The notes beneath the pieces are model-generated. The model was not told where the DNA came from, did no database searches, and saw nothing but the letters and a program-made list of their open reading frames with translations. Shown here piece after piece: positions 26,761-39,133 of a DNA stretch of 64,000 nucleotides. Positions within the stretch are counted from its first letter, which is position 1; every line of letters starts with the position of its first letter. The position numbers and the translations under genes were made by a program. The DNA lies in contig JBEUKZ010000135.1 in the NCBI GenBank assembly GCA_048128005.1, positions 62,001-126,000 on the forward strand, in the 5' to 3' direction. This DNA is from Veleropilina oligotropha (taxonomy: Eukaryota).

Positions 26761-29382
26761 GAGGTTTTTAATTAAACCTAATATTAGTTAAAACATACTT
26801 ACGTCCTTACTCTTGCCATAATAGTCATATTATCGCCAACCGGAAACAGTGAATAAAGTCACATTTAGGCACTCCTTTTAAGTCAAAACACTACGATTAC
26901 CTCCCCTGCTCCACCTCTCCTAAGTTCCCCCAGCGAGATCTCGCCAAGTCTCGCGAGACATCCGAGCCATCGAAGTCACAAGACCTCAATTCAAAGTTCA
27001 GAACCCCAAAGGAACTTAGTAGAGGGGAGGAATGCGAAACGCAGGGTGGGTAATCGCAGTAAGGACGTAAGTATGTTTTAACTAATATTAGGTTTAATTA
27101 AAAACCTCATATGTAGTTACAAACATACTTACGTCCTTACTCTTGCCAGAATAACCTTGGATAGGTGGGTAAGAAGTTCCTTACAGCAAACCCAAACAAG
27201 ATAATGACTTACTTGTCACCATTTCAATCAGCATGAAGCGTCGATTGTGTCCGCCCAGAGTGGAATTTACTGAGTATTATATTCTACTCTTACCAAGCGA
27301 GAATTTCGACCAGTGTTACCGGGAGAATACGCCGTGGTGTTAGTCGGACGAGGTGAAGCGGAAGTGCACTCAGCCCAAGGCACGGCCGGAAGGATTATCC
27401 TTGTAGGTCTTACGTGTCATGGGCCAGTGGCAGCCAAATGGTACTCCTGGCCATAGGCCGGTAGCCAGAGGAAGCAGTCGGATTTGTAAGCACACGGAAC
27501 CTAATAGCTAGGTAGTGAAGATATCAAATCATAAGCAAAGAATTAATAGATTATTATAAATAATCGATATTAATAGTGATTCGCATGACCAACTTGCGAA
27601 AGGCTAACATGTACAACATGTTACTTAAAAATAAATTTTAAGGAAGCAAATATTAAAAAAATTTCAATGTCTTGAACATCGTATGTTCTATACAGCATAG
27701 AACATCAATAATATTGAACCTCAAAATCTTTTAAGACTTTTTGCAATATAATTGTTTATTAAATTCAATGTGAACTGGCTTGTCAAAATACTCAGGTATG
27801 ACATGAAAATATCAAGATCTTAAAATGTTTTTAAGAAATGAACATACATTGAATCGCCTCATAATGTCTATTTCATAAAATAGCAAGGCATAACAATAAC
27901 ATTGCGTCAGCACGAAGTATTTAATTGATTAATCAAGAAAGAATACTCACTGATTAGACGACCTCGGTCTAACAATACATCGTTGAGCAGCCACACACTG
28001 TAGACTGCTCAAACCATCAGCACCTGTTGAATAATCCCGCAGGTAATGTTTAACAAAGACATTTGCATTCTTCCAGTAACCTGCTTGAAGCAACGCTGTG
28101 ATATTTAAGCTATGTCGGAAAGCAATAGAAGCCGCAATTGCACGGACCTCGTGCGTGCGGACGGATAAAATAGTGCGGTCTACTTCTTCACAGTGAGAGT
28201 ACACATCTCTCACCACCTGTGAAATCCACCGCGAAACAGTCGTCTTCGTAATGTCGCGGGTATATGAAGGTAAATACGAAATGAATAAACGTAATTTTCC
28301 TTGCCGCATATCACGGGTCCTGTCGAGGTAGAAGCGCAGGGCCCGCACGAGGCAGTTTAACCGGTCTATATCGTGCTTTCCGACCAGCGTAAGCTTGGGG
28401 ATAATAATATCAGGTGCGTCCTCGTTCGGCCGTTGATTCTTGGCGAGAAAACCCAAGATAGGACGCAGCATCACCGACCCGTCTGACTGGAATCGAATAT
28501 ATCGTAGCTCGGCGGATAAACTATGAATCTCGGAACAACGCCTGCCCGACACTAAGGCGATCAGAAAAACCGTTTTGTGCGTTAAGTTCCTCATAGACAC
28601 CGTGGACATCGGCTCGTACGGGGGTAAGTGTAGAGCGTTAAGAATGAGAACGATATTCCAGGCAGGTGGCCATATGGTTCGGGTCGGCATCTCGAGTTCG
28701 TAGGATCGTATAAAATCCGAAATCGTTCGGTCGCTAGATAGGCCAACATGGGCATGGCACTGTTTCAACGTGGTCGCGATCGTTGCCCGATAGCCTTTGA
28801 CGGCGGACACTGACATACCGCGTTCAAAGAGCGACGATAAAAACTCGATAAACTTGTTCACAGGGGGGGGCGGATAATATTGACCTGCCGGCTGTGACAC
28901 CAATCCACGTACTTGACCCATCGGTAGTCATAAACTTTTGTCGTGGAAAGCCTTCTCGATCGGTAGATGCGTAGGGCTGTTGCGTGAGAAAATCCTTTCT
29001 TAGCAAGGGATCGTTCGATAACCGCCAGGCGTGTAAACGTAAGTCGTTCGGCGATGGATGTAGTACACGGCTGCGCGCCTGCATTAACAGGTCCGGTCGC
29101 TGCGGGAGCGTTAACGGTCGATCGACGATCAGATCGAGGAGGGTCGGAAACCAAGGTTGCGTGCGATACAGGGGCGCGATTAGCGTTATCTCGCAACGTT
29201 CGTTCGATGCCTTCTGTAATACCAGTGTCAGAATGCACGACGGGGGGAAGGCATACGCGGACAGATTCTCCCATGTCATTGACAGTGCGTCGACCGCTAG
29301 GGCGGCCGGGTCTGGGTATGGGGAGACATACAGAGGTAGTCGGTAATTGAATTCTGTTGCAAACAGATCGACTTGGGGTTGT
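26761..29382 (-). mobile_element. DIRS1-like retrotransposon, diverged family B, 3' half only
   Basis: Terminus GAGGTTTTTAATTAAACC at 26761 with an ICR at ~27058-27148; YR and MT ORFs; homology with family A stops abruptly at GGGGTTGTG (~29383). Confidence 0.92.
27947..28921 (-). CDS. DIRS tyrosine recombinase, family B (frameshift near the G-run at ~28863 affects the N-terminus)
   Basis: SGRRCSEI, THEVRA, W...VFVKHYLRD; aligns by eye with 16257..17219. Confidence 0.9.
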   Translation of the reverse strand: MGQVRGLVSQPAGQYYPPPPVNKFIEFLSSLFERGMSVSAVKGYRATIATTLKQCHAHVGLSSDRTISDFIRSYELEMPTRTIWPPAWNIVLILNALHLPPYEPMSTVSMRNLTHKTVFLIALVSGRRCSEIHSLSAELRYIRFQSDGSVMLRPILGFLAKNQRPNEDAPDIIIPKLTLVGKHDIDRLNCLVRALRFYLDRTRDMRQGKLRLFISYLPSYTRDITKTTVSRWISQVVRDVYSHCEEVDRTILSVRTHEVRAIAASIAFRHSLNITALLQAGYWKNANVFVKHYLRDYSTGADGLSSLQCVAAQRCIVRPRSSNQ

Positions 29383-29383
29383 G

Positions 29384-30240
29384 CCCTTACGAAATCTTGA
29401 CGTATTGCCAGACTGATATCAGTTTAATGTCAGTCTACTTTCAGATTGTTCCTGGTATATTGTCAGTGTATTGTAAGTGTCTTGTCAGCTCTGGTATTAC
29501 ACTGACATTAAATATCAGTCTATTTCCAGATTATATTAGGTGTATTGTCAGTTTTATACCAGTGTGTTACCAGATCCGACATGCAACTGGCATAAAGAAA
29601 CAATTGTCAGTGTCAGAGACTGACTGACAATTTATTTAATAAAACTAATTTTTCTGAAATATTTTCCATCTTACAAATGACAATATACTGGTATTACACT
29701 GACATTAACTTATTTAGCGGACATTACACTGACGATACACTGAAACTAGCAGTGATTTCAAAGAATGTCAGATTGTTGTCAGCTATTTTCTGGTTATAGG
29801 CTGACAACATTTGTGAAGAAAATCAACCTCTTGATTATATGACAATACACTGGTAATGCACTAGCAATAAACTGGTAACACACTGAATATGAACTGGGGG
29901 GCAATACACTGGTAACAATTACTAGCGTTTTACAGTAAGTTACTCAAGGGAATATCTGATCTTTAAACGTGCACTGTAACCGTGTGTAACACTCTGGAAA
30001 GACACTGGCAACAATCTGGAAAGACACTGGCAACAATCTGGAAAGACACTGGAAATATTCTGATTACACCAGGGAAATACACTGGTAACGTACTATGGTA
30101 CAAGATGTCATCATACACTGGTCAGACTGATGTTAAATTAGTATCAGCTGAGCAAATTTTTACACTGGAAACATTCACTGATAATACACTTATTAATGAC
30201 GGCTTGGAAGCAAGTAAGTTGAATCAGGGTGTCTGAAATA
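29384..30240. mobile_element. Putative DNA-transposon end (CACTA/EnSpm-like) with dense sub-terminal repeats
   Basis: Starts CCCTTACGAAA where the DIRS-B copy is cut; many ACACTG(G/A), CTGACA and TGTCAG motifs in both orientations; matching other end not found. Confidence 0.4.
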
Positions 30241-30689
30241 CTATCAACACGACTACTGTGAATCCCAGTCGAAGGCACTTCATATTTATCAGTCATGGTA
30301 GGTCATGGCCTGACGAGGATATCCAAGGCTTAATTGCTCTCACAATATTGCAGCGCTACGGACATGTCTCAATATGATCATTCATAGATTTAAGATGTGA
30401 AATGAAACATAGCAAACCAATTCAAATGGCTTACATTTGACAAAATCGTTAGAGATCTTGAAGTAGAATGAAGTGAAATCGAACAAGACTGCGACTCGCA
30501 AATACTGAATTTCAATTGAGGCTTATAACTATTTTTAAAAGACTAAACACAATTCAAACTTCATTTGGCCAAAGGTCAGATTTTATTGACTAAGTCAATT
30601 TAATGGACTTAAAAAAGGTTATTACATTTGCATTATATATACAGGGTCCATTAACTGTCAATTACTAAACAGCAACTAAACATATTATT

Positions 30690-33600
30690 TCATGCCAGCG
30701 CTGCCTGGTCGCGATGTTTCCTCCTCTCTTCTTTCTCTTTTCTTTTTTTCAATTTAATCATCTTCCTTTCCAAGTACTTTTCCCTACTGTAAGTTTCAAT
30801 TCGCCTGGGCCGACGAAGGTGGCTACATTTGTCGTTAATGATTTTAACGAGACGTGCCTCGCTTACATCGTATCGTCTTTGAACAAATCCTGTGGATAAC
30901 AGAAGATTCATCACAATCAAAATTGTTACATAAAGTTTAAATGTAAAAAATAGAATGTTTCAGGTTTAAATGAGGCATGATATGATCTTATGACGAACAT
31001 ACAGTTTAACATTCACCAGGATTGGAATTGGATCGATGCTTTATTGCCTGTATAGTTACAACCATCAGGTTCAAAGCAGGCCACGTCTAATATTCTTTGC
31101 ATAATTTATTATAAACATTATCTACTTTAGCTTTTAATAAAATTAATGCAATCTGATTGGTTAACGTTCCTTTGACAATTGTCGTATTCCCCACTGGTAC
31201 CCAGATAGGTATATAATATATAGGACCCAGAGTCAGTGACGTCATCAGTTTACTAACTTTCCGTAAACTTCAGCCAGACGTGGTATAATGAACCTTATAT
31301 CGCGCTGACGTCACCTGTCAATCATACTGTTCCCACTTGAAAATCCTTGAGTAGACATAACAGAAGTTTTTCGTTTGCCATTTTGAATACATCGCTGTAT
31401 AAATAATAACAGTGTTATGCGCCAAGTCAGGAGTTTGTTTATTAAGTTTTGTCATTGTCAAAGCAAGATAAATATGCTGTAAAGCAACGGCTTGATAAAC
31501 ACGGTGTATTGAATTACCTTATTACATTAAACAACTTCATTCGGTATTCAATGCAGTGTTTACGGCGACATCCCTGGACAACTTATAATATGTTCTGGTA
31601 TATATATATATCAAAATTAAAACACCAGACCAGGTCACCTGGCACCGCTTAATATCCAATTGATGGATCTGGTTGATGACAAATGTTAGGATTTAAAATG
31701 AATTTAATCTATGTAAAAGTATCATGCAGTCTGTCATAACAGTGCTTCTACAATTGAATGTACAGTACTTACTAAATGCAGCATCGATTATGTCCTTATC
31801 CAACGATTTGAATTTTCCATTCCCACGTACGCTGGCTTGGGCCAATTCTTCCTTACTAAAAAACACATCCATAATTTTGCTGATTGCAATTTCAGCTTCT
31901 TGGCAGTTGAACAAAACAGCCTCCTTGTGACCCTTGTACCAAAATATTCCACTATTTTGGTACAGCTCAATCATCTGAAAAACAAAGGAAATTCTGTTTT
32001 GAGATTGGTGGATGAAACCCATTAGCTGCGATGCCTTAACCAGCGAAATCCATGGTTCATACAGGCCTGTATGATCGAAGCAGGTCTAAACCTTGATTCA
32101 ACCCATTAACTTACTGAAACTGTCTGTAATTTAACATTTATGGAACGAACTGATCTTCTCCTGGTGAGGTCGGAATCTCTCCCAGCTCTCAACCAAATAA
32201 GAAGTGCCTATTGAAAAAGTGGAACAACATTCCAATGCGGAAGATTCATTTTATTCAATGCGCTGATGAAATCTTGTGTACAAGAGAGTCAACGCTGTTA
32301 AACAGCGATGCGAGTGGAGTATACCGTAAAATGATGATTTTTAGTGGTTTACACCGCTCTGCGATTCAATTACTGTGAAATTATAGGTGAAAACCTATAG
32401 GCCTAATGATATTTTTTTATTCCATGAAAAATATTGTAAACTCAATTTCGCCATTAAAGTTTACCATTCAGAATACATTAAGAAAACAAAAGTAATGTCA
32501 GTTCAAAATTAAAGCGCCGTTATATTGCAGCCGTCTTTTAAGCATATTATTGCCTCGCTGAATATGATAACCTTCAGCAAACTCGTCTGCTTCAATTATA
32601 ATTGGCAATGTCCGTCATCATCACAATCGGCAATGTCAAAGTGAGGCGAGTTCACCAACTACTGATTGACAGTACTGAATACACGTCACCCACCAAATTT
32701 CATAAAGATATGCCAATCGGTTTATGAGAAACGCTCCGGAAAAGAGATCATTAACAAATTTACAACAAAGGCAATAACTCTGTTATTAATCACCGCACAA
32801 CGTTGCAATTAACAAGAGGCACCAGTTCAACTACTTAATACACCCAGCAAGTTTCGTAAAGTTATGTTGAGCGGTGTATGTGATATGCTCCGGAAAAGAT
32901 AAAATTAGAGATTTACAAGTACCTCTGTGAATAATCGCTGCACGTCGAGACTGACAAAAGGCATCAGTTCACCTATTACGTAGTACACCCAGCATGTTTC
33001 GTAAAGTTATGTTGAGCGGTGAACGAGATATGCTCCAGAAAATATAACATTCACAAATTTACAGCAAGGGCAATAACTCTGCTAATAATCGTCGCATGAC
33101 GTCGAGACTGGCAAAAAGCACCAGTTCATCTACTATTTAATACATCCAGCAAGTTTCGTAAAGTTATGTCTAACGGTGCACGAGATAATATCTCCAGAAT
33201 CGATAACATTAATGAATTTACAACAAGGGCAGTAACTCTGTTAATAATCAACGAACAACACTGCAATTATCAAAAGGCACCAGTTCACTAATACACCCAG
33301 CAATTTTCGTAAAATTATGTCGAACGGTGTATGAGATATGCTCCGGAAACGATAACATTAACGAATTTACAACAAGGGAAGTAACTCGGTTAATAATCGT
33401 GGTACAATGTCGAGACTGGCAAACGGCACCAGTTCACCTACTACTTAATACACCCAGAGAGTTTCGTGAAGTTATGTCAAACGGTGTACGAGATATGCTC
33501 CGGAAACGATATCGATTACATACAGGACAGACTGGACGATCGCAAGATCCCCCCCCCCCCCGATAATAACCGTGGGGATAAAAAGTGCATAATTTTAAGT

Positions 33601-36600
33601 TTATAACGATTACTTACCAAATGTTCCTTTGCCATATCACATGGAACACGTCCAGCCTTTATCTTCGTCCCCATTACTTCCACTTGGCAAGAATTCACTA
33701 TCGGGTGAAAAGGCATAAATAAATTGTATGAAAAAAATCATTCAGGTAAAAGTCAATTTATAATTTGATTCTTCTGACCAAAACAGGGCCTGGTGGCGAT
33801 CAAAACTGTGTGCGCGGAATAAAATGTGATTTATTAATGCAGTTTACTCAAAACTTCTGGTCAATTTTGTTTTCTCAGAATCCAGGATTCGCAGTGAAAA
33901 TCAAAATTTGTAGTGCGTCTTAAGTTAATAACCGTTGACCTTGATTCGCATATTTGTCGAATTTGTTAAATAATTTATTTTTTGAATTTATTTCATTAGC
34001 GTACCATAAAATACTTTTCTGGCGGAAAAGCTAATTTACAAGAAATTACTTACTGGCCGTTGAAAATTTTGTACTGCCACAATCTTTCGCTTAAGTGCGA
34101 CACAATTTTGACAATTTCTCGATTTGCGGTTGCAGACATCACTCACGCAGCAGTCGCTGGAATCGGAATCATCTGAGGAAATGAATTCCTTGCTGGGAAA
34201 TGATTTTGGTGATGAAGATGTTTCGGCGGCTGGTCTTGTAATAGTTGTTTGAGTCGAGGGTGCAGATATCGTTATCTCGGCAGCTGCAAGCCCTATAGAT
34301 GGTGATGGAGATGAAGTTGCTGGTTTCATGGGCGGGGATCTATTGATCACTTCGTCAATTTTTTGGATCCATAGTCTCTCCATTGTGGTTGAGCCTAAAT
34401 TATAAAAGACAACGACTCCAAATATTTAAAACTAAAAAGCATTCCAGGATTTCTTAATAGTCACAATTTTTTACATTTGTGGAAATTGACATTTTCAAAC
34501 AATGCATTATAAGCCATTCACAACTTGTCAACATTTTTAAAAAGTACTGAAATTACTTTACTTAATTAATATCTTTTTAATTATACATATTAATTCCAAT
34601 ATAACACAGGATTACTACAGATTTAATGCAAGTCATTACCGTTTGAGAAAGATTGTACAGCCGGAACTGCAGTCTTTTTCTGTTTGGCTGACTCCACAGT
34701 GGCTTTTGAAGAAGATTGTACAGCCGGAACTGCAGTCTTTGTCTGTTTGGCTGACTTCACAATGGCTTTTGAAGAAGATTGTACAGCCAGAACTGCAGCC
34801 TCAGCAGGCTTTTTCTGTTTGGCTGACTTCACAATGGCTTGAAATGAAAGTAACATAATTTAAATATTAGATGTAAATTTAGACAACATTGTTTTTGTAA
34901 AGTAAATATTTATTGTCAAGTAATGTCTTCTCCATATAATTAAATTACACTTTAAAGTACAAGTACCGGTACCATATTGAAATTTTCAATTTTATTCAGT
35001 ACGTTCCACATTTGATTAAAAGAAAAAATAAATGTCTTTAAAACTGAAAACTAAGATTCAATTTGGTTTGAATTGGGCTTTATGATCCTGCTTAATAACT
35101 ATGGTCATAGGACTCATATTTTGACATCAACATAATATTAATTATCGTGGTAGGAGAGACCAGAATAACCGGTGAAATGAACTACATGACAATCTGATAC
35201 CCCAAAGATGTATTCAAACTGAATTTTCAACCAGCACAACCTGACAGTGCAAATGACTGGAGCTGCACCGAGTTAATAATATCACTGCACCATGGAGATG
35301 ATAAAAAGTATAATGCTATTAATAATAATAAATTTGATTGAAATGTGATGTACTAAAATATCAGATGTCACTGTGTGGCCATTTTCTTGTTTTAATACTG
35401 TATCAGAGGTTATTATTACCAGACTGAGAGTGAGTGTTTTCTGATGGCGAAATCAAAAAAATGGTCTATTATTTCGTCGACGGTCAGCTCTCCAGTTTTC
35501 ATCTTCTCCTCCAATTCCTCACTCACGTGTTTCAGCTCTTCCCTGTTATCTGTAATGAAAAAAAATTTGGAACTTTATTTTGAACTATTGTGTTTGCTTT
35601 TCAGCTTTCAAGAATAACAAATTCATTGTGTAATTGATATATAACTTAGACGTGCTTAAATGCAATTTCATGGAGTAATTTTCACATTGTCTCCCATTAT
35701 TTTCGGAGCACTATTTCTTTGATATTAATTCTGGGCTGGCACAAGCATTTTGAAGTAGGCCTATTATCCACAATTTGAGTTTTCCGTGAAGGTCATGGAT
35801 ATATTGTAACATGAACGGCGCTTTCGGAATAAATTGTCTTGACAAGTATATGTTTGGGCCGTCTGTTATATATAATTATTAGTGTACATTTTATAATTAA
35901 ATTTGAATGCACATTTCAGTTTTTCTTATAGCCTTTGTTTACTTAACAATATTATAGCCTACTGATTGCTGACTGTCGATGCACCAGATGACATCACAGT
36001 CACACAAAAAGATACAATTAAACAATTTGACTTCAACAGCTGGGACAAAGTGATGTCATGATAATATTTATATATACTGAGTCTGTACATACAGTAATTA
36101 TGCATAAAGGCCCTTAGTATTAAATGCACATATCGCAAAAATTGTGTTACAAAATTTATATACATGACCTACAAATACTTGTGGGAATGTGTATTATAAT
36201 AGTACTGTATATACCAAGGTTGGTGTGGATTTACAGTACTCTTTGTAAATTGAAATTGCCTGCAATGATGTTGGCGCTTCGAAACATTTACAACAAAAAA
36301 TTGGGAGGATGTATGTTCCCGAATCCCCTTAGCATACTTGCATCTATATCGGTATATGGTGCTTGGTTTCGCCAAATCCCAATTTTATGCTAGTTTTTAC
36401 AAAAAGGTCAAGACATAAAAACAGAAAATAATGCTTGGTAGAAATTAATGCGAAAAATACGACTATCCATCAGATGGATTAACTTCAGTCTTCAGCATGA
36501 GGAAAATGGCAGGCGAGTTGTACATCAGTCTACTGCACCACTGCACTAAGTGACTAACATTTATAGAAAGGTACGACAAGAATATAATTTTCATGTTTAA

Positions 36601-37855
36601 TTAATAAGCTGAATACAAAGGACCGTATGTTACTTTAATTGTTACTTTAATTGTTACTTTCAATAATTACGGATAATTATGATATTGTGTATGCAATATT
36701 TTATACTTATTTTGACCTCAAGGTAACTAACTACTCGATCTGTTCCAGTAAATTTGATATGGGTTAATCTGAAGCGTATCATCGCATTTCAAGCCCGACG
36801 CCCGAAACAAGTCGATTGTTGCAACGGCTAGTAGACAATTAATATATAATTGTCCGGCGACAGGTGGTTTATTTCTTTACTTTGTGCATGTAAACCACCA
36901 GCATTTTTATGAAGATACGACTAAATGCGAAACTTGCTTCTAACATCATTACGTGACTTATCGCATTGTCGGCGCAGTGTTGTCTTTCAACATTCACAGA
37001 AAATGTGTTTTCCAATACTGACCCACTTTAAATTTCGTCTATAAATACACTGCCCATACCGATTGGTTGATGGCGCATTGACGACTAGTCCGAAGATTAA
37101 TTCTGCATATATCGTCTGTTTCCGGCAATACTGTCGTAAGGTAACACGGAAATTCCCGGAATGCATCGTGTATGTTCGCGAAAATTAGTTTGGAAGTCGA
37201 TATCGCAAATTTCAAACTGGTTCCGCAGTTTTGTGAACGTATCACGCCAGCAGAGATATGAAATGACTTTTAAATACACATGTATTTTATTGCAAAACTT
37301 GACATAGCCTTAGTAAATAACCACGACAAATAGTGAGACAAATATTCCAATGTGGCTCCGAGGTGGATAGTAAAGCGAGCGACTCTCAACTCCCCTGAAA
37401 TCAGACTGAATTTAAAACGCATTTTCGTTTAATGCAACATTGACAAAATATTGATATATCTTAAAGGAAAAATACAAACACACATCAATTAGGCCTAAAC
37501 AATAAATATCAACATGGAAACGCTCATGATCAACTCTCAGATAAATTATAACAGTACATTATTTATTAAACTTCCATAACAGCGAGCGATAGTCCGTAAT
37601 TTTCGTATAGCCTACAACAATTTAGAATAATGAGTGATGATCGTAGGCTATGATATATTGTTCCCACTAAGAGACTAACATATACTTACTTGATAGATGG
37701 ATTAGTATTCCTGGAAACACATTTCCACCATATCGCGCCTTCACTTGCTCTCCTCTTTGGTACAGATCTCCGTATAATTTCTTGGGTTCCACAATGGTGT
37801 TCACTGATTGGATTGACCACGTTTTCTCCTTATGCCAAAATATTAATGCTGCCAT
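30690..37855 (-). CDS. Spliced BEN-domain protein gene (about 7 exons; possibly pseudogenised or transposon cargo)
   Basis: Exons with GT/AG borders at 37855-37690, 35549-35420, 34837-34640, 34394-34054, ~33687-33618, 31974-31773 and 30889-30690. The last two give IMDVFFSKEELAQASVRG...LDKDIIDAAF/RFVQRRY...IINDKCSHLRR, a BEN-domain pattern. Two exon-phase mismatches occur near A/T homopolymers. Confidence 0.75.
32550..33585 (+). mobile_element. HINE/pearl-like element in an intron of the BEN gene
   Basis: About five ~150-160-bp core repeats (anchor ACAACAAGGGCAATAACTCTG), a short ACAT/GGAC/AGAC microsatellite-like tract and a 3' hairpin CCCC...GGGGATAAAAA. Confidence 0.6.
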
Positions 37856-39029
37856 TTTCAAGTTCTTTGGAAAAGGCGCCAGAAATCGAATTCACAGTTT
37901 TAACCAATTAAAACGGCCGTAGCTGGAACTTATTTTAAAATGTCTATTTTGTAATGTATGCTTTGGTTTAAAATTGTTATATTATATACAATGCGACAAA
38001 ATGAAAATAAGATAAATAATATGGATTCTGAGATTTCTCGCACGCACGTCAACAACTTCCGGTTCTTAACACAAAGGATTTGGAATGCTGACTGGGGGCC
38101 GAAGAATGGAGATGGCTGGAACTGACTACAGAGACGAGAGCTCGTAAAGATAATGTCTCGCATCGAAGCATCGATGGCCGTACTTCGACAGTGCCTATGC
38201 CGAAATCGGAGTTTGTCGACGCCTTCCGACGGTTCATAGCAAGCGAATAAATCATAGGCTTCTGTGAGGCGTACGCTTGAATTCATCAAAAGACAATGGA
38301 TTGATTTGCGACTGCGAAAATGGTACGCCACCTATTGTATAATTGTTATAAACAGATTAGTTTAATGAATCTCAATATATACCCTTATTAAATGAACTTT
38401 TTTAAAATTCTTGTGAGCTGTGACTTATTCTCGGAGACATCCTCTATGATTGTTACCTTTTTGATGATTTTGAATGTCTTCCATAATTAAAATATCGTTA
38501 GATATAACAAGAGATATATTTTTGTGACTTAGGAATTATTTATTGAGCATCTCATCTGAATGTCAACTATTTTTAATTAAATGATTGAGGTTTGATGCAG
38601 AAGAATATAGTACATCGATTGTTGTGATTGTAAAAACGACAATAGGTTAAATTATAATAATAATTAAATCAGTTGTCTACTCTTTAAGAATTGAGAAAAT
38701 TGATTATGATATTAATAATAAGTATTTTAAAATTTATATTCAATTTTTTACTTTTTCAGAAAATGCAATATGAATCCTCCCAGAAAGTCAACATACTGCA
38801 ATTACTTTCAAAATGAAAATCCATTGAAACATGTACCATACGGAACAACATATAGCCAGTCGAAGAAGCAATGTTTAAACCAAGAAAGGTAGGTTCATGC
38901 AGTGTACTTCTAAACAATGATTGGGTTACAGCCAAGTAGCGTTCAATGAACATGTTTCCAATCAGGTCACCGAGGATAAGTAATTCTACTCCGATCAGTA
39001 ATTTAATTAGATAGGTTATTATGTTGAGG

Positions 39030-39133
39030 GGAATGTCCAAGCAACTCTCCATTCCTTAAAAATAATGGAGACGAGGCCCCGAAGGGGCCGAGTCACATTA
39101 TTTTTAAGGAATGGAGAGTTGCGAAGACATTCC
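39030..39133. repeat. Long palindrome with a central GGCCCC-GAA-GGGGCC hairpin
   Basis: GCAACTCTCCATTCCTTAAAAATAATG is mirrored by CATTATTTTTAAGGAATGGAGAGTTGC; a related self-complementary copy lies at 39997-40028. Confidence 0.8.

Noticed and set aside
32040..32330. Possible Tc1 transposase C-terminal remnant (WNNIP-like)
   Set aside because: Too degraded to support; no continuous frame or TIR pair.
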